DNA of 64,000 nucleotides from an uncultured Alphaproteobacteria bacterium (GTDB taxonomy: Bacteria > Pseudomonadota > Alphaproteobacteria > UBA3830 > JAIRWN01). Every line of letters begins with the position of its first letter. The first letter of the stretch is position 1. The stretch covers positions 4,286 through 68,285 of the forward strand of contig CAYJEJ010000004.1 of NCBI GenBank assembly GCA_964369315.1, given 5' to 3'. Shown piece after piece: positions 30,377 through 40,533 of this stretch. The notes below the pieces were generated by a model. The model was not told the DNA's origin. It saw only the letters and a list, made by a program, of their open reading frames with translations, and did not search any database. The position numbers and the translations under genes are program-made.

Positions 30377-31759
30377 ATGAGAAAAATATTTTACGCTCTG
30401 TTTTCAATGATGTTTGTAATAAGCGGTTATATATCGGCTGATAATAGCCCAGTGAACAAAGACAAATCTAGCGAACATGTGCAAAATATTAATGAAGCCC
30501 AAAAAAGTTCAGAGACAAATCGAGAAAAGGGCAAAAACAAGGAAAAAATCGTCTTACGAATGACCTGCGGTTGCAAAGGTCGAGAACTTGAGCACTGTCA
30601 ACGTGCGTCGAGAGAGTGGGAAGAGTTGACAGGGGTGCACATTGAGGTTATTACCCTGCCTGCTGAAAGTAATGAAAGAATCAGTCTTTATTTGCAACTG
30701 TTGAGGGCTGGGTCGCAGGATGTGGATGTTTTTTTAATCGATGTTGTTTGGCCTGGGATTTTGGCAAATTACTTGGTTGATTTGAATGATTATATCACCG
30801 ATGGTGAGAGGGACGAATTTTTTGAAACCAGTATAAAGAACAATACTGTCAATAATCGTTTGATAGCACTTCCTTGGTATCTTGATATAGGGGTGTTCTA
30901 TTGCAGGAAGGATCTTCTTGAAAAATATGGTCACAAGATGCCAGAAACTTGGCAACAGATGGAAATAATAGCCGCCGATATTCAAGAAAAAGAAAGAAAA
31001 GAAAACAATTTTCGAATATGGGGATATGTTTTTCAAGGGAAGTCATATGAGGGGTTGACGGTTAATACTGTTGAATGGCTAGGGTCTGTTGGCGGTGGGG
31101 TTGTTGACCAAAACGGCAACTTAATCATTGATTGCCCGCAAAACGTTAATATGCTCAAAAGGGTTAGCGGTTGGATTGGTAATATCTCCCCTAGGGGCGT
31201 TCTTGGCTATACGGAAGAAGAAGTTCGAGGGGTGTTCCAATCTGGTAATGCTATATTCATGCGTAACTGGCCTTATGTTTGGTCGATAATCAACTCTCCA
31301 GATTGTCCTTTGGCAGGTAAAGTCGGTGTTGGGGCGTTACCATCAGGCAGTGAGGACGGCTCAAGACATGTTGGCGGCTTAGGTGGGTGGTCTTTGGGCG
31401 TGTCTAAATACTCAAAACATCAAGCTGAGGCGGTTGCTTTTATTAAATATTTAAGTAGCAGAAAGGAACAAAAATTCCGTGCTATGGAGAGCGGTTTTTC
31501 TCCATCTAGACCAGATTTATATAAGGACAAAGACGTTCTCGCTCGTCAGCCATTTTTTGCAAAACTCGGCGTTATATTAGAAAACATGATAACCAGACCA
31601 TCGGTTCACTTTGGCGCGTCGTATAGTCATGCTAGCACAGAGTTGTTTAACGGGGTACATAGCGTAATATCTGGTCAAAAATCTGTGGAGGATGTTTTGA
31701 AACAACTGAGCTCGCGTCTTAATCAATTTCTGATGAAAAATAAGATGAAGAAGGAGTGA
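30377..31759 (+). CDS. ABC transporter substrate-binding protein (carbohydrate, CUT1/family-1 SBP)
   Basis: Signal peptide followed by a Lys/Glu-rich linker. Family-1 SBP blocks (DVFLIDVVWPGILA, ALPWYLDIGVFYCRKDLL, FMRNWPYVW). Followed by MalF/MalG-type permeases. Confidence 0.85.
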   Translation: MRKIFYALFSMMFVISGYISADNSPVNKDKSSEHVQNINEAQKSSETNREKGKNKEKIVLRMTCGCKGRELEHCQRASREWEELTGVHIEVITLPAESNERISLYLQLLRAGSQDVDVFLIDVVWPGILANYLVDLNDYITDGERDEFFETSIKNNTVNNRLIALPWYLDIGVFYCRKDLLEKYGHKMPETWQQMEIIAADIQEKERKENNFRIWGYVFQGKSYEGLTVNTVEWLGSVGGGVVDQNGNLIIDCPQNVNMLKRVSGWIGNISPRGVLGYTEEEVRGVFQSGNAIFMRNWPYVWSIINSPDCPLAGKVGVGALPSGSEDGSRHVGGLGGWSLGVSKYSKHQAEAVAFIKYLSSRKEQKFRAMESGFSPSRPDLYKDKDVLARQPFFAKLGVILENMITRPSVHFGASYSHASTELFNGVHSVISGQKSVEDVLKQLSSRLNQFLMKNKMKKE

Positions 31760-31763
31760 TTAC

Positions 31764-32666
31764 TTGGCGGGTTCTCTAAGAAGGCGGTTACATAAGCACG
31801 CGAACCTGAAGGTTTGGCTGTTTTTATTCCCTTGCCTTTGCGTGATTTTTTTGGCAGGTGCTTGGCCTTTGTTGAGGACGATGTATTTGGGTTTTACTGA
31901 TACATCGCTTGACTCTATCACCTCGGGTTCTTTTGTGGGTTTGAATAATTTTGTTGTTTTATTCAATGACCATGATTGGTGGGTTGCGGTTCGAAACACG
32001 CTTGTTTTTGCCGTTTCATCAGTGACTTTAGAGGCAATTTTTGGCTTTTGTATTGCCTTTGTTTTGCATAGAAACCTTTACTTCAAAACCTTTTTACGGG
32101 CAATAGTGTTGATTCCGTGGGCTATTCCAACTGTTGTGTCTGCTAGGATTTGGGGGTGGATGTTTCATGACGTTTATGGAATTATAAATAAAATTCTCGA
32201 AATGTGTGGTGTGATATCTGAGCCAATCTCTTGGATTGCTTCGTCAGAGCTGACAATGGTAACGATTATTATAGTCGATGTTTGGAAGACCACACCATTT
32301 ATGGCTCTTTTGTTGTTGGCAGGGATGCAGTCTATACCAAATGACTGCTTTGAAGCGGCCAATGTTGATGGCGTTTCAACTTGGCGTGTGATAAGGCACA
32401 TTATGTTGCCATTATTGAAGCCAACTTTTGTGGTCGCACTGATTTTTAGAACGCTCGATGCTTTAAGGATATTTGACCTTGTATATATATTGGGCAGTGG
32501 TGACCCAAGTTGTGCGACCATGTCAGTTTATGCAAGGAAATATTTATTGGACTTTGGTGATGTTGGACACGGTTCATCGGCGGCGACGATTTTGTTTTTT
32601 ATAGTTGCAATGGTTAGCGTTCTATATTTCACCTTAGGTCAAAAACATTTAAAAAAGGAACAGTAA
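31764..32666 (+). CDS. carbohydrate ABC transporter permease (MalF/UgpA-like)
   Basis: Six TM segments. EAA loop EAANVDGVSTWRVIRHIMLPLLKP. TTG start. Confidence 0.9.
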   Translation: MAGSLRRRLHKHANLKVWLFLFPCLCVIFLAGAWPLLRTMYLGFTDTSLDSITSGSFVGLNNFVVLFNDHDWWVAVRNTLVFAVSSVTLEAIFGFCIAFVLHRNLYFKTFLRAIVLIPWAIPTVVSARIWGWMFHDVYGIINKILEMCGVISEPISWIASSELTMVTIIIVDVWKTTPFMALLLLAGMQSIPNDCFEAANVDGVSTWRVIRHIMLPLLKPTFVVALIFRTLDALRIFDLVYILGSGDPSCATMSVYARKYLLDFGDVGHGSSAATILFFIVAMVSVLYFTLGQKHLKKEQ

Positions 32667-32671
32667 AAACA

Positions 32672-33517
32672 GTGTTTGCTAGTTGGAGAATAAAAAGAAC
32701 CATTAGACATTCTTTTTTAGTCGCGTTTTGTTTGTTGGTGATGTTAGGGTGCTTGTTTCCATTTTATTGGGCTGTAATATCGTCATTTAAAACGGGCAGT
32801 GAGATTTTTAGTGTGAATTTTTTGCCCAACAAGTTTGACTTTTGTAATTATGTTAATGTGTTGAACACCTCTGGCTTTGGTAAAAGCTTAGCTAATTCGG
32901 CTGTGATTGCCATTTCTACGGTTTTGGTCGTCTCGCTATTAGCATTGTTGGCGTCATATCCAATGGCAAGGATGCACTTTAGAGGAAAGAAGCGGTTATT
33001 TTTTGTGATTTTGAGTGCAACAATGTTTCCGCAGGTTGCGGTATTGTTTGGCATGTTTGAGGTGCTCAGATTTTTTGACCTTTATAATTCGCGAGAGGGG
33101 TTGATTTTATCATATATGATATTGACGCTCCCTTTTACGGTTTGGACGCTAACAAGCTTTGTCAGACAAATCCCGAAGGAAATAGAAGAAGCGGCCATTA
33201 TGGACGGTGCGAGCAAGCTGACGATTTTATTTAGAATTTTTTTTCCTATCCTAAGACCATCGATAGTAACAACGGCATTACTTGCCTTTATTACATCTTG
33301 GAATGAGTTTTTGTTTGCGTTAACCTTCTCACTAACCAGTAAGGCGAGAACGGTGCCAGTTGCAATTGCATTGTTAAGTGGTGCGGGTCAACACGAGATT
33401 CCTTGGGGCAATATTATGGCGGCGAGCGTTATTGTGACGGTGCCGTTGATTTTAATCGTGGTGTTATTTCAACGTAAAATCATCTCTGGTTTAACAACTG
33501 GTGCGGTGAAGGGATAG
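32672..33517 (+). CDS. carbohydrate ABC transporter permease (MalG/UgpE-like)
   Basis: EAA loop EEAAIMDGASKLTILFRIFFPILRP. Six TM segments. GTG start. Confidence 0.9.
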   Translation: MFASWRIKRTIRHSFLVAFCLLVMLGCLFPFYWAVISSFKTGSEIFSVNFLPNKFDFCNYVNVLNTSGFGKSLANSAVIAISTVLVVSLLALLASYPMARMHFRGKKRLFFVILSATMFPQVAVLFGMFEVLRFFDLYNSREGLILSYMILTLPFTVWTLTSFVRQIPKEIEEAAIMDGASKLTILFRIFFPILRPSIVTTALLAFITSWNEFLFALTFSLTSKARTVPVAIALLSGAGQHEIPWGNIMAASVIVTVPLILIVVLFQRKIISGLTTGAVKG

Positions 33518-33544
33518 GGTTTGCTGTGTTTGGGAAATTAAGAG

Positions 33545-34507
33545 ATGTTTAATTCCGTCGTACTTGCTAGTGCAAGTGCTTTTCCTGAAAGATGCTTAAA
33601 GAATGACGACCTTGCTAAGATGGTCGAGACATCTGATGAATGGATAGTAAAACGCACTGGTATCAATCAACGGTTTATACTGCAAGAAGGGGTTGGTGTC
33701 TCTAGCCTTGGCGTGCGAGCAGCACGTGAAGCAATAAAAAATGCAAACCTGCACCCTAATGACATTGACCTGTTGATTTTTGCTACAACAACTCCAGATA
33801 AGACCCTGCCGTCAACAGCGGCAATAGTCCAAGGTTCGTTGGGGATGTCAAACGAATCTGCGGCGTTTGATATTAATGCTGTTTGTAGCGGTTTTATTTA
33901 TGCCTTAACGGTTGCTGATACGTTCATAAAATGTGGTCGGGTAAAACGTGCACTTGTAATAGGGGCAGATGCGATGTCATCAATAGTGGACTGGTCAGAC
34001 CGCGGAACGTGCGTCCTGTTTGGTGATGGTGCGGGTGCTCTCATACTTGGGGCGAGTGAGGAAAAAAATGTTGGTATCATTGCTAGTGATATATATTGTG
34101 ATGGTCGTCTGGAAAATATTCTAGATTCAGACGGAGGAACCTCAACTACTCGTAAAAATGGTTTTGTTCGTATGAATGGTCGTCAGGTTTTCAATCATGC
34201 GATTGAGAAAATGTCACTCTCAATTGAGAATATTTTGAAAAAATCAAACCTCACAATCGATGATGTCGATTTGATTATTCCGCATCAGGCGAATCAACGG
34301 ATTATCATTGCGGTTGCTGAAAGACTGAGTTTTGACGAAAACAAAGTCGTTAATACTGTTGGGATATATGCAAATACTTCGGCGGCAACGATTCCTAGTA
34401 CTTGGCATTATGCAACCAAGAATAATATGATAAAAAAAGGACAAACCATTGTCATCACTGCCATGGGTGCAGGAGCGACGTGGGGTGCGGCGGTTATAAA
34501 AGTTTAG
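33545..34507 (+). CDS. fabH: beta-ketoacyl-ACP synthase III
   Basis: Active-site Cys block NAVCSGFIYAL. HQANQRI. NTSAATIP. GAGATWGA. Confidence 0.95.
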   Translation: MFNSVVLASASAFPERCLKNDDLAKMVETSDEWIVKRTGINQRFILQEGVGVSSLGVRAAREAIKNANLHPNDIDLLIFATTTPDKTLPSTAAIVQGSLGMSNESAAFDINAVCSGFIYALTVADTFIKCGRVKRALVIGADAMSSIVDWSDRGTCVLFGDGAGALILGASEEKNVGIIASDIYCDGRLENILDSDGGTSTTRKNGFVRMNGRQVFNHAIEKMSLSIENILKKSNLTIDDVDLIIPHQANQRIIIAVAERLSFDENKVVNTVGIYANTSAATIPSTWHYATKNNMIKKGQTIVITAMGAGATWGAAVIKV

Positions 34508-34545
34508 CCAGAGTTATATGGTTTTGAAGGTCGCATATAACAATT

Positions 34546-35745
34546 TCATCTTCTAATCTTTGATGTTATCGATAGTTTTAATTTTTTGAAGAAGTTCAGA
34601 ATTTTATTGAACCCAAAAAAGTCTCGATGGAGCTTTTTCCATTGGTTTTTTCGTGCTAGCCAGATATCGTCCATTAAACCAAGAAATAACCAGTTTTTCC
34701 CATCATTTTCGTTAAAGCGTTTCAGCTGAAAACTCTCTGGATTATTGATTAAATCCTCATATGCACGGACATAGTGCTCAACAAGTTTTGCATCGTTCCA
34801 GTGTTTTTCGACCCATTCACGAGAGGCGGCGGCAATATCCTCACACATCGATTTGTTATTTATCAAACGTTTGACGATAGGTTTTAGATGCTCTATTTGG
34901 CAATTTATGATTGGTATCTGCATGACATCACCAGTCAAAAACTGCAGAGTTTGGAGCGTTCGCTGGTCTAAAAAAGCAATGGTAGGTTTGCCCATCGAAA
35001 GCCCCTCTAGGGTCGAGAGGTGATAGCTCCCTGTCACCGTTTCATCGATAACGAGATTGCAGAAGCGTTTTTTTCTTAAAGTTTCGTCGTGAGGGGTTTT
35101 TAAACTAAGTTCAACAGAAACATTGTCTGATTTTTTCAGTGAATTAAGTATTTTTATCGTCTCATATGCCCCTTTCGTATCCCAACGGCTAGACCATGCG
35201 TTCCGCATGCTTGTGGGGGCAAAAAAAATCTTAAAACAATCATCATTGAGCGAAGATTTTTGAGCAGGCATATAACGTGGGTCGAATATAGGAACGATGT
35301 TGGGCACTATTCGTGCTTTTGGATAGAACCTTTCATGAAATTGTGCTAGAACAAGCTGAGGTAAATCGTCATGAAGAATTTCTTCTTCACCAATTCCAAT
35401 GTTCTCAGCTAATTTCTTGGGGTTTGTATGAAATTGTCTAATTAAGGCTTTTCCGCGTTTTTGTAGTGCAGAAAAGTCTATCTCAAATTTGTTGTTTTTT
35501 AAGTCTATCCAGTTATGTAGGTGTAAGACGTCGGCGTCTTCAATTATTCGCAATGCCTCATCTTTATCATTTTGCCAAGACAGGTCTTCTTCAAATGTCC
35601 TAGTGCTATATGCATTGGGGTTAAAGTTAATAAGCCTTGCCTCAACTTCAGTGTGCGAGTTTAAGGCACTTACAATCCTGACGGGGGAACCAGCCAAAGG
35701 CGTATAAGAAAAATGTACGACCCTAATTTTCTTCTTGGTTTTCAT
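34546..35745 (-). CDS. hypothetical protein, GT-B-fold glycosyltransferase-like (GT1/GT4-type C-terminal motif)
   Basis: N-terminal KIRVVHFSYTPLAGSP. C-terminal-domain SYHLSTLEGLSMGKPTIAF resembles the E-x7-E region of GT4 enzymes. Basic amphipathic tail. The start (35745 or 35754) overlaps the gyrA stop by 23-32 nt. Confidence 0.5.
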   Translation of the reverse strand: MKTKKKIRVVHFSYTPLAGSPVRIVSALNSHTEVEARLINFNPNAYSTRTFEEDLSWQNDKDEALRIIEDADVLHLHNWIDLKNNKFEIDFSALQKRGKALIRQFHTNPKKLAENIGIGEEEILHDDLPQLVLAQFHERFYPKARIVPNIVPIFDPRYMPAQKSSLNDDCFKIFFAPTSMRNAWSSRWDTKGAYETIKILNSLKKSDNVSVELSLKTPHDETLRKKRFCNLVIDETVTGSYHLSTLEGLSMGKPTIAFLDQRTLQTLQFLTGDVMQIPIINCQIEHLKPIVKRLINNKSMCEDIAAASREWVEKHWNDAKLVEHYVRAYEDLINNPESFQLKRFNENDGKNWLFLGLMDDIWLARKNQWKKLHRDFFGFNKILNFFKKLKLSITSKIRR

Positions 35746-38416
35746 CACACTCATTAAGCTTTATGGCGGAGACAACGGTTTCATCTTGGTCAACCCTAAA
35801 GACTATAACGCCCTGAGTACTGCGTCCTGCAACGCGAATGTCACAGACTTTGGAGCGAATCAACCGTCCTTTATCCGTTATGAGCATAATATGGTCATCC
35901 TCAGTTACGGGGAATGTTGCAACCACGTACCCATTCTTTGAACTTATTTCAATGTTTTTCACGCCTTGAGTACCGCGGCTAGTTGTTCGATATTCATATG
36001 ATGACGTGCGTTTACCAAACCCTCTTTCCGTGATTGTTAAAATTAGCTGGTCACTTTTAGCCATTAAGTCGATTTTATCTTGAGGAGTGTTCAATTCAGG
36101 TGCTTGGATAGAATTTTCTTCGTCTGAGCCGATTGTTTTTCTAGACCAGTTCGCAAACCTGACATAATCATCACGTTCATCCGCCGTTGCGGGGAAGCTG
36201 TTTATGATGGTCATTGAAATCAACCTATCCTTGGCGTCAAGCTTAACGCCCCGAACACCAGTGGAATTTCTTCCAACGAAAACCCTGAGACTATCCAGTG
36301 GAAACCTGACACACCGCCCTTTATAAGTGGCGAGCATAATGTCGACAGCATCATCGCAAACAGCGACAGATATCAGCTTTTCATCCCCTTCGAGCTTCAT
36401 CGCAATTTTACCGCTGCTTTTGATGTTTAAAAAGTCTGAGACCTTATTCCGCCTGATGCTACCATTCGAAGTGGCAAAGACGATGTTTGTTGTTTCAGAT
36501 GAACCAATATCATCAGGCAACACCAAAACAGTTGATATCAACTCATTTTCAGCAAGCGGGAACATGTTGACCATCGCCTTTCCGCGAGACTGCAGTGTGC
36601 CTTGTGGGAGGGTGTATGCCTTGGTTTGATAAACCCTTCCGATATTAGAGAAAAAGAGAACCGGTGTATGGGTGTTGGCCAAGAATATGTCTTGCACCAC
36701 ATCTTCTTCACGCACCGTCATGCCAGCACGACCCTTTCCGCCACGTTTTTGCACTTTATATTGTGACAGGGGAACACGCTTAATATAGCCAGAGCGACTA
36801 ACAGTTATGACGACGTCTTCTCTTTCTATAAGGTCTTCGTCATCGATGTCAATCTCACCATCTTCGATGGTTGTACGCCTTTTATCAGCAAAATTATCAC
36901 GTATTTCGGTCAATTCATTTAAAATGATTTGGGTAATCCTCGCCTTTGAGGACAAGATATCCAAGAGGTCAGCAATTTTGGTTGCTAATTCTCTAAGCTC
37001 ATTTTCAATTTTTGAGCGTTCAAGACCTGTTAAACGATGTAACCTCAGGTCTAAAATCGCTTGAGCTTGAATTTCGGTCAATCGACAAGTGTTTTCATTC
37101 TCAACGCTATTAAAATCGTCGATTAGTTTGATGAACTGCATAACCTCGCTTATGACCCAAGATTTTGCCAAAAGCTTTTGCTTCGCGTCCTGTGGGTCGC
37201 TGCTCGTTTTGATGAGGGATATCACTTCATCAATATTAGCAACAGCAATTGCTAGTCCAATTAAAATATGTGCTCGATTTCTTGCTTTGTTTAGGTCAAA
37301 TTTCGTCCTTCTGGTCACAACATCTCGACGAAACTCCGCAAAGGCCAACAAAACTTCCTTAAGCCCCATTTGTAACGGCAAGCCATTGTGTAAGGCAAGC
37401 ATATTGACGCCGAAAGACGTCTGTAATTGTGTATGTCTAAATAATTGGTTCAAAATCACATCAGGAGAAGCCTCTCTTTTTAGCTCGATAACCACCCTGA
37501 CGCCTTCACGGTCAGACTCATCCCTTAAATCGGATATGCCTTCAATGATTTTGTCATTAACAACCTCAGCGATGCGTTCGACTAGGCGTGCTTTGTTAAC
37601 TTGAAACGGAATTTCAGTCGCGACTATAGCGAACTTGCCGCTTCTTATCTCTTCAACATGGGTTTTTGCCCTGACCACAACTGACCCGCGACCTGTGTTA
37701 AAATAATTATGTATTCCGGCACGACCAACGATTGATGCACCAGTGGGAAAATCTGGTCCAGGAATTATGGCGGTCAATTCTTCGACCGATATCTCTGGAT
37801 TATTAAGCATCGCACAACAGGCATCAATCACCTCACCCAAGTTATGTGTTGGGATATTAGTTGCCATTCCAACGGCAATTCCGCCCGCACCATTAACCAA
37901 CAGGTGGGGAAAGCGTGCTGGCATCAACGATGGTTCAAGGATAGAGCCGTCATAGTTTGGTTGAAAATCAACGGTATCAAAGTCGAGGTCTTCAAAGATT
38001 GTATGTGCAACTTTGGCTAAACGTGCCTCTGTATAACGCATGGCGGCGGGAGAATCGCCGTCCATAGAACCAAAGTTACCCTGACCATCAATCAGCGTTG
38101 TTCGCATAGAGAAGTCTTGTGCCATACGAACCATAGAGTCATAAATCGCAGCATCACCGTGGGGGTGATACTTACCCATGACATCACCGACAATTCTTGC
38201 AGATTTACGATAAGGTTTGTTATAGTCGCACCCACCCTCTTTCATCCCAAAAAGGATGCGTCTATGAACGGGCTTCAACCCATCTCTCACATCAGGCAAC
38301 GCACGTGAGACAATTACACTCATCGCGTAGTCCAGATAAGATTTTTTCATCTCTGAATCTAATGGAATAGACGTTATGTCATTATCTTCTAGGTCTTGTG
38401 CCAAAACAACCTCCAT
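35723..38416 (-). CDS. gyrA: DNA gyrase subunit A
   Basis: YAMSVIVSRALPDVRDGLKPVHRRIL. Active-site AAMRYTE. QRDR HPHGDAAIYD. C-terminal beta-pinwheel repeats. Confidence 0.97.
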   Translation of the reverse strand: MEVVLAQDLEDNDITSIPLDSEMKKSYLDYAMSVIVSRALPDVRDGLKPVHRRILFGMKEGGCDYNKPYRKSARIVGDVMGKYHPHGDAAIYDSMVRMAQDFSMRTTLIDGQGNFGSMDGDSPAAMRYTEARLAKVAHTIFEDLDFDTVDFQPNYDGSILEPSLMPARFPHLLVNGAGGIAVGMATNIPTHNLGEVIDACCAMLNNPEISVEELTAIIPGPDFPTGASIVGRAGIHNYFNTGRGSVVVRAKTHVEEIRSGKFAIVATEIPFQVNKARLVERIAEVVNDKIIEGISDLRDESDREGVRVVIELKREASPDVILNQLFRHTQLQTSFGVNMLALHNGLPLQMGLKEVLLAFAEFRRDVVTRRTKFDLNKARNRAHILIGLAIAVANIDEVISLIKTSSDPQDAKQKLLAKSWVISEVMQFIKLIDDFNSVENENTCRLTEIQAQAILDLRLHRLTGLERSKIENELRELATKIADLLDILSSKARITQIILNELTEIRDNFADKRRTTIEDGEIDIDDEDLIEREDVVITVSRSGYIKRVPLSQYKVQKRGGKGRAGMTVREEDVVQDIFLANTHTPVLFFSNIGRVYQTKAYTLPQGTLQSRGKAMVNMFPLAENELISTVLVLPDDIGSSETTNIVFATSNGSIRRNKVSDFLNIKSSGKIAMKLEGDEKLISVAVCDDAVDIMLATYKGRCVRFPLDSLRVFVGRNSTGVRGVKLDAKDRLISMTIINSFPATADERDDYVRFANWSRKTIGSDEENSIQAPELNTPQDKIDLMAKSDQLILTITERGFGKRTSSYEYRTTSRGTQGVKNIEISSKNGYVVATFPVTEDDHIMLITDKGRLIRSKVCDIRVAGRSTQGVIVFRVDQDETVVSAIKLNECDENQEEN

Positions 38417-38484
38417 AAACCAATTAATACACTAGGTCGGAATGTGAGCGACTGAAAAACAATCACTAAATTATAGATAACGAC

Positions 38485-38922
38485 TTAAAACGGGATATCG
38501 TCGTTAAACTCTTTAAAACCATCATCGATTGGTGTGCTCGTTGATGACGCGGGGCTGTCACCAGTGCTGGACTTATTATCGAGCATTGTCAATTCACCGC
38601 GAAAATTTGAAAGCACCACCTCGGTGGAATATTTTTCAACGCCAGATGTGTCTTGCCACTTTCTTGTTTGAAGCTGTCCTTCGATAAAGACCTTTGAGCC
38701 TTTGTTAAGATATTTTTCCGCAATTTCAGCCAAATTTTGATTAAAAATCACAACCCTGTGCCACTCGGTCTTGTCGCGGCGTTCGCCGGTGTTTTTATCT
38801 TTCCAGCTTTCAGATGTTGCCAAAGTAAGATTAACAATCTTAGAGCCTTCTTGCGAGATTCTGACCTCGGGGTCGCGTCCCAAGTGACCAATTAACATAA
38901 CTTTATTTAAACTGCCAGCCAA
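38485..38922 (-). CDS. ssb: single-stranded DNA-binding protein
   Basis: [23 protein letters not shown]-fold start. TEWHRVVIF. Acidic tail ending DDIPF. Confidence 0.95.
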   Translation of the reverse strand: MAGSLNKVMLIGHLGRDPEVRISQEGSKIVNLTLATSESWKDKNTGERRDKTEWHRVVIFNQNLAEIAEKYLNKGSKVFIEGQLQTRKWQDTSGVEKYSTEVVLSNFRGELTMLDNKSSTGDSPASSTSTPIDDGFKEFNDDIPF

Positions 38923-38969
38923 ACCCTTTCACTCCTTTAAAAGAAACAACCCAACAACAACTCACACAA

Positions 38970-39470
38970 CTAAGCCGCTTGCAAAACCAACTCCAAACGC
39001 TGCAACGCAACTGGCGAATCGATGCCCTCAACCGCGGCATATTCGTCAACCAAGCGTTCCAAAGCCAACTGATAGATTAAACGCTCGCTATAAGATTGTT
39101 TGCTACTGTCATAAAACTTAGACAGGTCGCGGACAACCTCAGCGATTTGAATGACGTCACCTGAATTAATTTTGGATTCATATTTTTGTGCCCTGCGACT
39201 CCAGAGCATGCGTTTTGAACGACATGGTGTTTCAAGAATTTCAAGTGCCTTCTGCATCTCTTCACTCGAACAAATCTTTCTTAATCCAACTGATGCGGCT
39301 TTATTAACGGGCACCCGAAGTTTCATGTTCTCTTTTTCAAATGATATTACAAACAGGTCTAGCACAGAGGTGTCTATTGTTTGACGCTCAATTTCAGTGA
39401 TGGTGCCAATTCCATGTGCTGGATAAACCACCATCTGCCCAATTTTAAAAGCTTTTGCTACGCTAGACAT
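38970..39470 (-). CDS. CarD/CdnL family RNA polymerase-binding transcription regulator
   Basis: FKIGQMVVYPAHGIGTITEIE Tudor-like N-domain. ATG at 39470 lies 5 nt after GGAGGTGG. 166 aa. Confidence 0.85.
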   Translation of the reverse strand: MSSVAKAFKIGQMVVYPAHGIGTITEIERQTIDTSVLDLFVISFEKENMKLRVPVNKAASVGLRKICSSEEMQKALEILETPCRSKRMLWSRRAQKYESKINSGDVIQIAEVVRDLSKFYDSSKQSYSERLIYQLALERLVDEYAAVEGIDSPVALQRLELVLQAA

Positions 39471-39646
39471 AAAAACCACCTCCAGAACAAACAAAATGCA
39501 CCCATATAAACACTAAAAAGCTAAAAAAACGGTCTTTACAGCTCAATAATATCTTGCACCTAGTGAAGAATTAGAACATAATTCTATCTTTTTTTCAACC
39601 TTTATGAGATAAGATAGTTTTCTCAATTAGTGAGAGACCAATAAAC

Positions 39647-40381
39647 ATGCTTATTAGGGGGGTTAATACTATGCAAAATCTCAATATTACTAATATAGAC
39701 GAAATAATAGGAGAGCCTATTTCGGTTCTTGACAAGGGTTTTATCCGCGTTATCGACTATATGGGCGGTGACGACGCAATAGTGCAAGCTGCAAGAGTGT
39801 CATATGGGAAGGGGACAAAACAATCCAATCAGGACGCTGGATTAATCGACTATTTAATGAGGAATGACCATACATCACCGTTTGAGATGTGCGAGATAAA
39901 AATGCATGTGAAAATGCCAATATTTATCGCACGCCAGTGGCTGAGGCACAGGACGGCAAGCGTGAATGAGTATTCAGCAAGATATTCTGTTTTAAATGAT
40001 GAATTTTATTTGCCAGCAGTGGATAGGGTGTGTGAGCAATCTTCGACTAATAAACAATGTAGTGGGGATGCATTTTCTCAAACAGAGGCTGAAAATGTTA
40101 TCGCAATAATCGAAGAGAGTTCAAAACATTCACTAGAACAATATAAAAAATTACTTGAGCTGGGCGTAGCAAGGGAAATCGCACGGAGTATTGTTCCCCT
40201 TAATACATATACGGAGCTTTATTGGAAAATAGATTTACATAATTTGTTAAGGTTTATAAAATTAAGAAATTCTGACCATGCACAATATGAAATTAGGGTA
40301 TACGCCCAAGCGATGCAGGAGGTGTTAAGAGTTTGGGTTCCGAATGTATATGAATCTTTTATGAGGCATAAAATGAGTTAA
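39647..40381 (+). CDS. thyX: FAD-dependent thymidylate synthase
   Basis: ThyX motif [18 protein letters not shown] (RHRxxSxxxxSxR). Start could be the internal Met at 39671. Confidence 0.95.
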   Translation: MLIRGVNTMQNLNITNIDEIIGEPISVLDKGFIRVIDYMGGDDAIVQAARVSYGKGTKQSNQDAGLIDYLMRNDHTSPFEMCEIKMHVKMPIFIARQWLRHRTASVNEYSARYSVLNDEFYLPAVDRVCEQSSTNKQCSGDAFSQTEAENVIAIIEESSKHSLEQYKKLLELGVAREIARSIVPLNTYTELYWKIDLHNLLRFIKLRNSDHAQYEIRVYAQAMQEVLRVWVPNVYESFMRHKMS

Positions 40382-40460
40382 AGCCTTGGTTTTGACAAGA
40401 TATTTTAAGGTATGTTTATTTGTAGTGAAAAATTTTTTGTAGATTTGTATAAAAAAAAAC

Positions 40461-40489
40461 TTGCAAAAGTTTTGATGTTGCACTATATA
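40461..40489 (+). promoter_or_regulatory. sigma-70-type promoter candidate for the orphan secreted-protein gene
   Basis: TTGCAA (40461..40466), 17-nt spacer, TATATA (40484..40489). AAGGAGG Shine-Dalgarno at 40519..40525. Confidence 0.5.
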
Positions 40490-40533
40490 TGTAATTGAAG
40501 TTTCAATATTTAACATATAAGGAGGTAAAAAAT

